DNA of 64,000 nt from Deltaproteobacteria bacterium (GCA_025363655.1 JANYDK010000081.1:29132-93131), one strand, 5' to 3'; shown: positions 38,195 through 48,053, counted from the stretch's first letter. Notes: generated from the sequence alone by a model not told the origin. Numbers and translations: made by a program.

Positions 38195-38423
38195 ACATCC
38201 CCGGCCGTCGCCGGCGATGCCTGCGGCGTAAGCCGATGCACGGCCTGACGTGGGTGGCACACGGCGGCTGTGGAAAGTTGTAGCGGGGCGCGAAATTGTC
38301 GGCGCTGCGAGCCGAAAACATGTGCCGAAGCAACTGGCACGTGAAGTGGAAGAGCCGACCGCCGCTCTCCTTCCGGGCGTTGCTCTGCCGATGTAGGCTC
38401 CGCCCCCCTCCGGAGGTTCGTTC

Positions 38424-41150
38424 ATGTCGTCGCGTAGCACTCGCTTCTCTTCACGCCCCAGCCTGTGGATCGTCGCTTTGGCGATGGTCGGTTTGTCCGC
38501 GCAAGCGGGTTGCGGTCGCGCCGACATCGGCGACGACGCGATCGGCCTCAGCGACACTGGCCCCGGAAGCGACGCCGACGCCGACACCGGCCCGCCGGTG
38601 AAGTGTTCGACGGCGACCGAGTGCAACGACGGCGTCGTCTGCACGACCGACCTCTGCATCGGCGGCCTCTGCCAGCACAAGGCGAAGGACTCCGACGGCG
38701 ACGGCTTCATCGACAAGAGCTGCGGCGGCGGCAACGACTGCGACGACGGCGATCCGAAGGCGCACCCGGGCGCGTCGGAGAACTGCGGCAACGGACACGA
38801 CGACGACTGCAACGGTCAGATCGATTGCAAGGACGTCTCCTGCTCGAAGGATCCGATCTGCGTCGGTCCGTGCAAGCTCGACCCGGTCGGCGGCGCGGGC
38901 GGCATCGAGCGCAACTGCGTCGATGGTCGCGACAACGACTGCAACGGCCTCGTCGACTGCTCCGACGCCCAGTGCAAGCCGCAGCCGGCGTGCACCGGCA
39001 AGTGCGGACCGCGCGAGCTCTGCGGCAATGGCCTCGACGACGACTGCAACGGTCTCACCGACTGCAGCGACTCGGCCTGCAAGGGTACGCCGACGTGCGG
39101 CACGACCTGCACCGGCCCCGAGATCTGCGACAACAAGAAGGACGACGACTGCAACGGCCTCACCGACTGCGCCGACGCCACGTGCAAGGGGAGCCCGGCG
39201 TGCACCATCTGCGGGCCAACCGAGATTTGCGGCAACGGCAAGGACGACGACTGCAACGGCTTCTCCGACTGCTTCGACAAGGCCTGCGCGGGCGATCCCT
39301 CGTGCGGCACCTGCGGACCGGTCGAGATCTGCAGCAACGGCAAGGACGACGACTGCAACGGCTTCAGTGACTGCAAGGATCCGGCGTGCGCCGCCGATCC
39401 GTCGTGCGGCACGTGCGGACCGAGCGAAATCTGCGGCAACGCCAAGGACGACGACTGCAACGGCCTCACGGACTGCAAAGATCCGGCGTGCGCCAAGGAT
39501 CCGAAGTGCGGCACCTGCGGACCGGTCGAGATCTGCAGCAACGGCGTCGACGACGACTGCAACGGCTTCTCCGACTGCGCCGACGACTTCTGCAAGAAGA
39601 CCGACCCGGCCTGCGGCACCTGCGCGAAGGCCGAGATTTGCGGCAACGGCAAGGACGACGACTGCAACGGCAAGACCGATTGTGGTGACAGCACCTGCAG
39701 CACCCTCCCCGCGTGCGCCGAGTGCGTCGCGAAGGAAGTCTGCGGCAACGGCAAGGACGACGACTGCAACGGCTTCGCCGACTGCAGCGACGCCACCTGC
39801 AAGACCGACCCGAGCTGCAAGTGCGGCCCGAAGGAGATCTGCGACAACGGTCTCGACGACGACTGCAACGGGTTCACCGACTGCAGTGACAAGACCTGCT
39901 CGGGCAGCACGACCTGCGCTTGCTTCCTCCGCCGCGAGGTCTGCGACGACGGCGTCGACAACAACTGCAACGGCCTCAGCGACTGCTTCGATCCGGAGTG
40001 CACGACCGACGCGGCTTGTCTCTGCGTCCCGGGCTCGAAGGAAGACTGCGCCAACGGCAAGGACGACAACTGCAACGGCAAGGTCGACTGCGCCGATCCG
40101 ATCTGCGCGACCGATCCGGCCTGCAAGAAGTGCGTGACCGAGATCTGCAGCAACGGCGTCGACGACAACTGCAACTCGCTGGTCGACTGCGCCGATCCGG
40201 CCTGCGTCCTCGACGACGCCTGCCGCACCAAGGTCGAGGTCTGCGACAACTTCAAGGACGACAACGCCAACGGGCAAACCGACTGCGACGATCCGGCGTG
40301 CTTCGCCACCAAGTGGTGCGTCGATCGTCACGAAAACTGCAACACCGCGCTCACCGTGACCGCGAGCGGCACGTACTTCGGCGACACCTCGACGTTCTGG
40401 AACCACACGCAGGGCTCCTGCGGCGGGCTCGCGGGCGAGGCGGTCTTCCGCATCGTGCTCACCGGTCCGGCTCACCTCAAGATCGACTCGTCGGGGACGC
40501 CGATGCCCCCGCTCGATTCGCTCGTCTACATGCGCCACGGCTCGTGCGGCTCGGGCTTCGAAGTCGGCTGCGACGACGACTCGGGCACCACGCGCAACGC
40601 CGGCGCCATCGACATCCCGGTGGCCAAGGCGGGCACGTACTACGCGTTCATGGACGGCTTCACCTTCGGGGACCTCGGCCGCTACAACTTCACGATCACC
40701 ATCGATTACGGCCTCAAAGAGGTCTGCGGCAACGGCGTCGACGACGACGACAACGGCTTTACCGACTGCGCCGACAAGGCCTGCGCGGCCGTCGCCACGT
40801 GCGCTGGCGCGACGCCGGAGATCGGCGTCAAGGCCTGCACCGACGGCATCGACAACGACAAGGACGGCGTCAGCGACTGCGCCGACCCGGACTGCCACGC
40901 GAGCAAGTTCTACAAGACCGAGTGCTGCAACGGGAAAGACGACAACGGCAACGGCATCGTCGACGAAGACGCCTGCCACTGCACGTCGGCTGCTCGCTGC
41001 GACCAGCCGGGTGACATCTGCAACCTGACCTCGACGGAGACCTGCTCGCCCCGCTGCGATCGCGTCGTCGGCGAGACCATCTGCAACGTCATCGCGCCAG
41101 GCACCATCTGCGATCACACCAGCGGCCAGTGCGTCTGGACGGGCGGCTGA
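38424..41150 (+). CDS. giant Cys-rich repeat lipoprotein (MopE-type putative metal-binding motif repeats)
   Basis: Lipobox (LSAQAG|C). About 19 modules of C-x-E-I-C-x-N-G-x-D-D-D-C-N-G-x-x-D-C-x-D-x-x-C. The central repeats have a 102-bp DNA period. A roughly 130-aa non-repeat beta-rich domain lies between modules 16 and 17. Confidence 0.85.
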   Translation: MSSRSTRFSSRPSLWIVALAMVGLSAQAGCGRADIGDDAIGLSDTGPGSDADADTGPPVKCSTATECNDGVVCTTDLCIGGLCQHKAKDSDGDGFIDKSCGGGNDCDDGDPKAHPGASENCGNGHDDDCNGQIDCKDVSCSKDPICVGPCKLDPVGGAGGIERNCVDGRDNDCNGLVDCSDAQCKPQPACTGKCGPRELCGNGLDDDCNGLTDCSDSACKGTPTCGTTCTGPEICDNKKDDDCNGLTDCADATCKGSPACTICGPTEICGNGKDDDCNGFSDCFDKACAGDPSCGTCGPVEICSNGKDDDCNGFSDCKDPACAADPSCGTCGPSEICGNAKDDDCNGLTDCKDPACAKDPKCGTCGPVEICSNGVDDDCNGFSDCADDFCKKTDPACGTCAKAEICGNGKDDDCNGKTDCGDSTCSTLPACAECVAKEVCGNGKDDDCNGFADCSDATCKTDPSCKCGPKEICDNGLDDDCNGFTDCSDKTCSGSTTCACFLRREVCDDGVDNNCNGLSDCFDPECTTDAACLCVPGSKEDCANGKDDNCNGKVDCADPICATDPACKKCVTEICSNGVDDNCNSLVDCADPACVLDDACRTKVEVCDNFKDDNANGQTDCDDPACFATKWCVDRHENCNTALTVTASGTYFGDTSTFWNHTQGSCGGLAGEAVFRIVLTGPAHLKIDSSGTPMPPLDSLVYMRHGSCGSGFEVGCDDDSGTTRNAGAIDIPVAKAGTYYAFMDGFTFGDLGRYNFTITIDYGLKEVCGNGVDDDDNGFTDCADKACAAVATCAGATPEIGVKACTDGIDNDKDGVSDCADPDCHASKFYKTECCNGKDDNGNGIVDEDACHCTSAARCDQPGDICNLTSTETCSPRCDRVVGETICNVIAPGTICDHTSGQCVWTGG

Positions 41151-41151
41151 T

Positions 41152-41655
41152 TCAAGGAACGAGACGACTGGCGATGGACGTACGGGTCGCTTCGATGCGC
41201 GCCCAGTGCGTCCCTCGCCAGTAGAGTCGTCGGCAGCTCGTGCAGCGGAAGTAGTCCTCACACGTGGCGAGGACGCGCGGCGGAGCTTCTTCCGTGACTT
41301 CGTCATGCGGAGTCGCGAGCAGCTCGCCGCCGCAGGCCATGCATCGCAGCTCGCGCACGCCGAGGTGCAGCGAATCGAGCACGAAAACGACCTGATCGAG
41401 CACCGGCGCGTGACGAGGAACGAAGAGCGCCTTCACCTCGCCGGAGCGCACCAACTTGCGATCGAAGAGCGGTCGATCGGAGCTGAGGAGCACCGCACCC
41501 GTGCGCCGTGAGCGCTCGACCAGATCGCCATCGTCGATGCCGTGCTCCCACGCGGCTTCGTAACCGACCGCGCGGAGCCAACGCGCGAGGCCGCCGAGCA
41601 TCGCGTCACAGAAGAAGCGCGGCGCTGGAGATGACGGTGGAGCTGGGGCGCTCAC
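41152..41655 (-). CDS. Mut7-C RNase domain (DUF82, PIN-like) protein with Zn ribbon
   Basis: FFCDAMLGGLARWLR and LLSSDR N-terminal motifs. C-terminal CxxC...CxxC (CMAC, CTSC). The GTG start overlaps the upstream stop (GTGA). Confidence 0.8.
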   Translation of the reverse strand: MSAPAPPSSPAPRFFCDAMLGGLARWLRAVGYEAAWEHGIDDGDLVERSRRTGAVLLSSDRPLFDRKLVRSGEVKALFVPRHAPVLDQVVFVLDSLHLGVRELRCMACGGELLATPHDEVTEEAPPRVLATCEDYFRCTSCRRLYWRGTHWARIEATRTSIASRLVP

Positions 41656-42482
41656 GCGTCACCGAAGTGGGCGACGAACGCGCGATGGATCGCGAGCGCG
41701 GGATCGCCTTCGCGAAGCTGATTTTCGCGATAACCGGTGATGATGTCGCGCACCTCGATGCGACGACCCTCGACGCGAAAGTGCACGCGCCAATCCTTGA
41801 CCGCGAGGCGACCGCGCCCGTCGGCGTCGAGACGAATGCGCCGATATGCGTGCGGCTGCGGTCCGAGCGAGAGCACACGGACGATCGACGGTTCGAGATC
41901 GATCGAGGCGTCCCGAAGAAAGACGAGTTGATCGCGGGCGCGCGCGGCGAAGGCGACGTCCCAACTGGCGAGGGGATCGGGCGGTCTCGGTGCGGGATCG
42001 AGGCTCGTGACGGTCGCGTCGTCGAGCGCCTGTTCGTCCTCGAGCCATCCTCCGCCGGCGTCGACGATGGCGTCGGTCCACGGGACGTAGGGCTTGAGAT
42101 CGAGCACCGGCGTGCCGTCGAGGACGTCGACGTCACGGACGTGGATCACCCGTCCCTCGACGCGCTCGAGACGAACCACGCTGAGGCCGATGGGGTTCGG
42201 CCTGTGCGGCGTGCGCGTGGCGAAGAGGCCACGTTTTTTCGTGCTCCGCGGAGGCAGCACCTTCGGCTTCCACCCGTCCGCTCCGTGAAACCAGAAGAGG
42301 ACCCAGATGTACTGCCAACGATCGAGATCGGCGAGCGCGTCTTCGTACGCGTGACCGGCAAAGAGCTCGATGCTGCCGGCGATCCCTTCGCCTGCGCGCG
42401 GTTGGCGCGGCGTGGAGGCGCGATCGTGAAACGGCGCGTGGAAAACGCCGATCGGGCGAACGACGAGCGCGCCTTGCTCCAC
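41652..42482 (-). CDS. trmO: tRNA m6t6A37 methyltransferase TrmO (TsaA/YaeB family), two-domain form
   Basis: RSTKKRGLFATRTPHRPNPIGLSVVRLERVEG and DVLDGTPVLDLKPY. An additional C-terminal domain of about 110 aa is present. GTG start. Confidence 0.85.
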   Translation of the reverse strand: MEQGALVVRPIGVFHAPFHDRASTPRQPRAGEGIAGSIELFAGHAYEDALADLDRWQYIWVLFWFHGADGWKPKVLPPRSTKKRGLFATRTPHRPNPIGLSVVRLERVEGRVIHVRDVDVLDGTPVLDLKPYVPWTDAIVDAGGGWLEDEQALDDATVTSLDPAPRPPDPLASWDVAFAARARDQLVFLRDASIDLEPSIVRVLSLGPQPHAYRRIRLDADGRGRLAVKDWRVHFRVEGRRIEVRDIITGYRENQLREGDPALAIHRAFVAHFGDA

Positions 42483-42500
42483 CTCGGCACCGTAGGGCGG

Positions 42501-43586
42501 TCAGAGAATCGCGTCGATCACGTCGACGTCGCGGACCCCGTCGGCCTCGGCGCGATACGACAAGACGAGGCGATGACGGAGCACCGGCTTGGCCAGGGCG
42601 CGCACGTCTTCGACCTCGGCGGCGGCTTCTCCACGGAGCGCGGCGCGGGCCTTGGCGGCGAGCACCAACGCTTGGCTGCCACGAGGACCAGCGCCGAAGC
42701 GAACGTAGCGAGTGACGAGCGAAGCAGCGCCCGGCTCTTCCGGACGCGTGGCGCGCGCCAAACGAACGGCGGCGTCGATGGCCGCGTCGGTGGCGGGAAT
42801 GCGCGGCACGAGCGCTTGCAGCTTGCGCAGCTCGTCGGCGTGCAAGGCGATGGGGACCTTGGGGAGCACGCCCGACGTCGTTCGACGCGCGATTTCTCGC
42901 TCTTCCGCGGCGCTCGGATAGCCGATGTGGACCTCGAGGAGAAAGCGATCGAGCTGCGCCTCGGGGAGCGGATACGTGCCCTCTTGCTCGATGGGATTGC
43001 GCGTGGCGAAGACCTGGAAGGGATTGGGCAGCGCGTGCGTGGAGACGCCGCTCGTCACCTGCCGCTCTTGCATCGCCTGGAGCAGCGCGGCCTGCGTCTT
43101 CGGCGGCGTGCGGTTGATCTCGTCGGCGAGGACGAGGTTGGCGAAGATCGGCCCCGGCGCGAAACGGAGACGCCTTCGGCCGTGCTCGGGATCTTCTTCG
43201 AGCACGTCGGTGCCGGTGATGTCGGCGGGGAGGAGGTCGGGCGTGAATTGCACGCGACCGAACGAGAGCTCCATCGCCTCGGCGAGCGTGGCGACGAGCA
43301 GAGTTTTCGCCAAACCGGGCACGCCGACGAGCAGCGCATGACCGCGGGCGAGGAGCGCGACGAGCATCGCCTCGACGACCTCTTCTTGTCCGACGACGCG
43401 CGCCGCGATCGAAGCACGAAGGGCCTTGGCGGCGCTGGCTGCGCGATCGAGCAGCGCTTCGTCGTTTTCACCGGCCGCTTCTTCGGGGGACTTCTCGGGC
43501 TCGGCCTTCGCGGGGGAATCGCTCACTACCGCCCGAGGTAGCGCAGCAAGGTGCGGAGTAAAAGGTCGACCCTTGCGTCTCGTCAC
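42501..43586 (-). CDS. MoxR-family AAA+ ATPase
   Basis: Walker A GVPGLAKT, Walker [10 protein letters not shown], and the [15 protein letters not shown] motif. The start is uncertain (GTG 43586 or a later GTG). Confidence 0.9.
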   Translation of the reverse strand: MTRRKGRPFTPHLAALPRAVVSDSPAKAEPEKSPEEAAGENDEALLDRAASAAKALRASIAARVVGQEEVVEAMLVALLARGHALLVGVPGLAKTLLVATLAEAMELSFGRVQFTPDLLPADITGTDVLEEDPEHGRRRLRFAPGPIFANLVLADEINRTPPKTQAALLQAMQERQVTSGVSTHALPNPFQVFATRNPIEQEGTYPLPEAQLDRFLLEVHIGYPSAAEEREIARRTTSGVLPKVPIALHADELRKLQALVPRIPATDAAIDAAVRLARATRPEEPGAASLVTRYVRFGAGPRGSQALVLAAKARAALRGEAAAEVEDVRALAKPVLRHRLVLSYRAEADGVRDVDVIDAIL

Positions 43587-43639
43587 ACGCGCTCGCGCGA
43601 GACGTTGCCGCGACGCCGGCTTCCGCGCAGAATCCCCGA

Positions 43640-44614
43640 ATGCGCAGCTTGCTTCAGGTATTCAGCTTCGGTCTCTGCCTCGGCCTCACGTCGTGCTCCG
43701 CCAGCGGCGACAAGACCGATCCCGGCGGCCTCGACGATGACGGTGGCTTCAAGTTCGACGCGGGCGGCGGCGGCGGTGGCGACGGCGGGCTCGGCGGCGA
43801 GGTCACGCCAGGCGAAGGCGGCACCCCCGAAGGCCCTGGCTGCAAGGAGGCGACGAAGTACATCCACGTCGTCGACGACGCCAACGTCCTCTACAAGTTC
43901 GACCCGACGGTCGCCACCACCGCGGCCTTCACGCGCATCGGCCCCATCGACTGCACCGGCGGCGGCTCGCCCAACTCGATGGCCATCGGTCGCGACGGCT
44001 TCGCCTACGTCTCGTACGGCACCGACGATCCTCTCACCGGCAGCTTCAACTGCGGCGGGATGTATAAAGTCAATATCGAAACCGCAGCGTGCGCTGGAAA
44101 AACGAGCTTCAAGTGCGGCTCGTCTGGCTTCGACAAATTCGGGATGGGCTTCGCCACCGACGCGCCCGGCGTCACCAACGACTCGCTCTATCTCTCGAAC
44201 TCGCTCGACGCGCAGCTCGGCAAGGTCGACCTCGGCACCGGCAAGGTCACGGCGCTCGGCGCGCTTCCCAACCAAGGCGGCGAGTTCACCGGCAACCAGA
44301 ACGCCGAGCTGTGGGGCTTCTTCCCCTACCAGAACCCGCCCGAGGTTCATCAGATCGACAAGAGCAACGGCAAGTCGTCGAAGAAGTTCACGCTGCCTTC
44401 GTTGCCGAGCTTGGCGACGGCCACCGGCGGCGCGTGGGCCTTCGCCTATTGGGCGGGCGCGTTCTACGTCTTCTACGACGTCGAGCCGACCGACTCGTCG
44501 ACCAACGTCTACAAGCTGACGCTCGACGGGAAGCTCACCAAGTACATCCCCAACACCAAGCTGAAGATCGTCGGCGCTGGCGTCTCCACCTGCGCGCCGA
44601 CCTCCATCAAATAA
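43640..44614 (+). CDS. putative lipoprotein
   Basis: [18 protein letters not shown]|C, then a Gly/Asp-rich spacer and a beta-rich domain of unknown family. Confidence 0.65.
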   Translation: MRSLLQVFSFGLCLGLTSCSASGDKTDPGGLDDDGGFKFDAGGGGGGDGGLGGEVTPGEGGTPEGPGCKEATKYIHVVDDANVLYKFDPTVATTAAFTRIGPIDCTGGGSPNSMAIGRDGFAYVSYGTDDPLTGSFNCGGMYKVNIETAACAGKTSFKCGSSGFDKFGMGFATDAPGVTNDSLYLSNSLDAQLGKVDLGTGKVTALGALPNQGGEFTGNQNAELWGFFPYQNPPEVHQIDKSNGKSSKKFTLPSLPSLATATGGAWAFAYWAGAFYVFYDVEPTDSSTNVYKLTLDGKLTKYIPNTKLKIVGAGVSTCAPTSIK

Positions 44615-44667
44615 GACAAGTAGAGGGCTCACACGCGGGCGCTCGGCGCTGGTAGGCTGATTCGACG

Positions 44668-45507
44668 ATGCTGCGGCCGACGTTCGACGTCCTCGCGCCC
44701 AACACCGGGGAGGCGCCGGTCCTCGTCGAAGTGCCCCACGCGGGCCTCGACTTGCCCGCCGAGGTGCTCGGTCGATTGGTCGCGCCCGCTCGCGCCGTCG
44801 CGCGCGACGCCGATTTGCACGTCGACGAGCTCTACGAAGAGGCTCCGCTGGAAGGGGCGACGCTCCTCGTGGCGCGCACCAGTCGCTATGCGGTCGACCT
44901 CAACCGTGCGGCCGACGACGTCGATGCGGGCGTCGTCGAAGGCGATCCCCGCCCTGCCCGGACGCACGCGCGCGGCCTCGTCTGGGCGACCACCACCGAG
45001 GACGAGCCCGCGCTCGAACGTCCGCTCAGCCGTGAGGAGTATCGTTGGCGCGTGGAGGCGATCCATCGCCCGTACCACGACAAACTGCGCGAGCTCCTCG
45101 ACGCGAAGATCGCGCGCTTCGGCTACGTCATCCTCCTCTGCGCGCACTCGATGCCCAGCGTCGGACGTGTCGGTCACGCCGATGCGGGCACTCATCGCGC
45201 CGACGTGGTGCCGGGCTCACGTGGTCGCACCTCGGCGCACCCCGTCGTCATCGATGCCGTCGAGGCGGTCGCTCGCAGCTTCGGACGGAGCGTCGAGCAC
45301 GATCGTCCGTACCGCGGCGGATACGCCACGACCTTCTACGGAAGGCCTTCCGAGCGTTGTCACGCGATCCAAATCGAGTTGGCACGCCGTCTCTATCTCG
45401 ACGAGGCACGACTCCTGCGTTCATCCGCGGGGATGAACGCGACGAAGAAGCTCTGCCGCGGCTTCGTCGCTCGACTGGCTTCGCTCCCCGCGCACGCGCT
45501 AACCTGA
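44668..45507 (+). CDS. N-formylglutamate amidohydrolase family protein
   Basis: VEVPHAG, SRYAVDLNR, RPYH and CHSMP-type (AHSMP) blocks typical of the FGase family. Confidence 0.8.
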   Translation: MLRPTFDVLAPNTGEAPVLVEVPHAGLDLPAEVLGRLVAPARAVARDADLHVDELYEEAPLEGATLLVARTSRYAVDLNRAADDVDAGVVEGDPRPARTHARGLVWATTTEDEPALERPLSREEYRWRVEAIHRPYHDKLRELLDAKIARFGYVILLCAHSMPSVGRVGHADAGTHRADVVPGSRGRTSAHPVVIDAVEAVARSFGRSVEHDRPYRGGYATTFYGRPSERCHAIQIELARRLYLDEARLLRSSAGMNATKKLCRGFVARLASLPAHALT

Positions 45508-45513
45508 CGAGCC

Positions 45514-46518
45514 GTGGACTCAACTGGTGGTCGCGTCCGTACTCTCCCTGCCGGGTCTGGCCTCGCGGCGGATGCTGCGTCGACCGCCGTGAGCAAGACG
45601 GGGAGTCGTTCGAAGATCCCCGCCGAGCCCTCTCGCCCGCCATCTACCGGCTCGCTGCCGTCGGCGCGCGTGCACTCGTTGCCGCCGTTCGATCCGACGG
45701 TCGCGCGCCCTTCGAAGAAACCTGTGCCGACTGCGCCGCTCAAGGCGCCGCGTCCGATCCTCGCGTCCGATTGTCTCGTCGACGACGCCGCGCCCCTCGA
45801 ACCGTATGCGCGCTCGGGGAAAGTCGTGCTCACCGTCGCCTCGCTCGGCGTGATCGCACCGGTCGTCTATCTCGCGATCGTCAAGGCTGCTGCACCTGCC
45901 CTCTTCGGGGTCGGAGCCGCCGGCGTCCTCGGACTCGCGGCCGCGTTTCCTCGCCGCTACGCACTGCGCGCGACCTTGGCGACGACGGCTGCGATCGTCG
46001 CCGTCGCAGCCACGATACTCCTCGGTCCCATCCTCGCGTTGCGGGTAGCGGCGCCGATGATTCTCTCCGCGTCGCTTCTTCTGCGCGCGACGTATCGCGA
46101 CAACGGCGCGGTCCGCGTCGCCCTCGGCATCGGCGTCCTCGCGTACGCGGCTGCGGCCACGTTCGCGGGTGGCGCCTCGATCTTCGGCAGCGCCGTCGGC
46201 CTCGCGCCGCGCGTCGTCGCAGGCTCGATGGGGCTCGCCGCTGCACTCTCGCTCCTCGGCTTCATGGGTGAAGAGACCACCGCCGGCAGCACGGCTTGGT
46301 CGGTCTTGGCGCTGCTCGCTGGCGCGGCTGGGCTTCTTTGCCAGAACTTGCAGCTCTCCGGCCTCGTCGCCAACGCACCCTTCGCCGCCGTGCTCCCCAT
46401 CGGCACCCTCGGCGGCGCGATGTTGGTCGGTGCGCAGCTTGGTCCGAGGTTTCGCCGCCTGGCCCGCGAACGCTCGACGATTCGCCCAGTCGAGCCGCCG
46501 GTCGTCAGCGAGCCTTGA
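45514..46518 (+). CDS. polytopic membrane protein, unknown family
   Basis: GTG start. A Pro-rich N-terminus is followed by about 7 Ala/Gly/Leu-rich hydrophobic helices. Confidence 0.55.
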   Translation: MDSTGGRVRTLPAGSGLAADAASTAVSKTGSRSKIPAEPSRPPSTGSLPSARVHSLPPFDPTVARPSKKPVPTAPLKAPRPILASDCLVDDAAPLEPYARSGKVVLTVASLGVIAPVVYLAIVKAAAPALFGVGAAGVLGLAAAFPRRYALRATLATTAAIVAVAATILLGPILALRVAAPMILSASLLLRATYRDNGAVRVALGIGVLAYAAAATFAGGASIFGSAVGLAPRVVAGSMGLAAALSLLGFMGEETTAGSTAWSVLALLAGAAGLLCQNLQLSGLVANAPFAAVLPIGTLGGAMLVGAQLGPRFRRLARERSTIRPVEPPVVSEP

Positions 46519-46536
46519 ACGCGCTACGAACCCCTC

Positions 46537-47190
46537 GTGGCTGGGGTAGCGCTCTTCGACATGGATCGGACGCTGGTGCGGAAGAACACCGCGCAGCTCT
46601 ACGTCCGCTATCAGCGCCGCATCGGTGAGGCCTCGCGCGCCGACACGGTGCGGGTCGCGTGGTGGCTCTTGCAGTACACGTTCGGCGTGGTCGACGCCGA
46701 GGACATCGCCACGCGCGCCATTCGCACCATGCGCGGCAAATCCGAGACTGCGTTCGCCGCCCGTTGCGACGATTGGTTCCAGACCGACGTCGTACCCCAC
46801 GTCAGCGACGAGGCCCGTCGCACCGTCGCCCGACATCGCGACAGCGGCGATCTCTGCGCCATCGTCACCGGTGCCTCACGCTACTCGGCCGAGCCCTTGG
46901 CGCGAGTGCTCGAAATTCCGCACGTCATCGCCACCGAGCTCGAGTGCGACGACGCCGGGCTCTTCACCGGTCGTCACGTCCCACCGCTCTGTTATGGCCA
47001 CGGGAAAATCGAGCGCACGCAGAAGCTCGCCGAAGAGCGCGGCTTCGCCCTCGAAGAGGCCAGCTTCTACACGGACTCGATCAGCGATTTGCCGCTCCTC
47101 GAGGTGGTGAAGACTCCGGTGGTGGTGAACCCCGACCCGCGCCTGCGACGCGTGGCGAAGAAGCGCGGTTGGCGAATCGAGATCTGGTGA
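46537..47190 (+). CDS. HAD-IB family hydrolase
   Basis: Motif I FDMDRTL and a SerB/HAD-IB-like cap. GTG start. Confidence 0.8.
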   Translation: MAGVALFDMDRTLVRKNTAQLYVRYQRRIGEASRADTVRVAWWLLQYTFGVVDAEDIATRAIRTMRGKSETAFAARCDDWFQTDVVPHVSDEARRTVARHRDSGDLCAIVTGASRYSAEPLARVLEIPHVIATELECDDAGLFTGRHVPPLCYGHGKIERTQKLAEERGFALEEASFYTDSISDLPLLEVVKTPVVVNPDPRLRRVAKKRGWRIEIW

Positions 47191-47315
47191 CGTCGCCAGC
47201 GCCGCAAACGGCTTGTTTTCTGCGGTAGCGCAAGCGGCGAAGGGCACGCGCGCGCCCCTTTCGGGACCCAACTGCAACAGCACTCGACACCGCTTCACCA
47301 GCGAGGGTCACTGAA

Positions 47316-48053
47316 ATGGGAGACGTCACCGCCGTCGACGGCGAGACCGATCTACGCATCGGGCTCGTCCGCGTCGACTTCAGGCGCCGCTATCGGAGCG
47401 CGCGCAGCCACGAGAAGCACGCCATGCTCGGCCCCGGATGGTCTTGTTCCTTCGAGCGCCATCTGCGCGAAGGCGAGCTGACGACGGTGTTGCGCGACGA
47501 AGAGGGTCGCGACCTCCACTTCGACAAGCTCCGCGTCGGCGAGCACGTTTGCAATCGCGCCGATCCCGGCGAGCGCGGCGAGCGCGGCGAGCACGCGACG
47601 TTGCATCGAGACGCGCCCCTCGAATGGCGCGTCCGTCACCACGCGACGGAGCTGACCTCGACGTATCGCGCCGCGCTCTCGGGTGGACGGGCACTCTTGC
47701 GAGAGGTCCACGACATCTCGGGAAATGGCGTTCATTTCGAATACGACGGGGGACGGCTGAACCGCGTCGTCGACACCACCGGTCGCGTAGTGCGCCTCGC
47801 GTGGTTCGGCGATCGGCTCGCGCGATGGGAGGTGGTCGCCGCCGAAACGAGCGGGCTCTCGGCGGACTACTGCTACTCGCCCGAAGGATGTCTCGTCAGC
47901 GCGACCGACGCCGCGGGTCGCGTGGACGAATTCGAATACGACGGGCTCGATCGGATGACGGCCGCCGCGCTGAAGAACGGGACCAAGCTCAGCTTCGTCT
48001 ACGACGACTTCGGTCGTTGCATCCGTCGCGTCAGCCCGTGCACTTCGCCTTGA
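47316..48053 (+). pseudogene. truncated RHS/YD-repeat protein fragment
   Basis: RHS-core entry motif (TDLRIG...RRYRS...LGPGWSCSFE) and YD repeats (DTTGRVVRLAWFGDRL; DAAGRVDEFEYDGLDRM; KLSFVYDDFGRC). It is only 245 aa with no toxin tip, and it ends inside the convergent gene. Confidence 0.6.

Noticed and set aside
38255-38349. Two TGGCAC hexamers (38255 and 38335) upstream of the repeat-lipoprotein gene, as possible sigma54 -24 elements.
   Set aside because: The expected -12 TTGC at N5 spacing is absent (GGCT and GTGG instead). No enhancer-binding protein gene is nearby.
37846-38423. Known RNA families in the long intergenic region: tmRNA, RNase P, SRP RNA, 6S, TPP and c-di-GMP riboswitches, group II intron domain V, and a retron msr/msd.
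   Set aside because: I could not find the diagnostic cores: GGAAAGUCCGGGC with ACAGAACCCGGCUUA, a T-arm plus CCA and an ...ALAA tag, the AGGUCCGGAAGGAAGCAGCC SRP motif, or the CUGAGA TPP core. No reverse transcriptase gene is adjacent. The region is retained only as an unclassified candidate.
38451-41306. A 951-codon stop-free ORF antisense to the repeat-lipoprotein gene. Two further long ORFs lie in other frames (38816-40312 on the minus strand, 38923-40137 on the plus strand).
   Set aside because: Their translations are Ala/Arg/Val/Gly or Ser/Leu/Gln low-complexity strings that simply mirror the 102-bp repeat. The sense frame has a lipobox signal and a recognisable Cys-rich module. Repetitive GC-rich DNA lacks stop codons in all frames.
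43640-43665. A 10-nt match (AGCTTGCTTC) to the core of the palindromic motif at the start codon of the lipoprotein gene at 43640.
   Set aside because: Only 10 nt match, and the palindromic arms are absent. The expected chance occurrence in 64 kb on both strands is about 0.1, so I do not count it as a copy.
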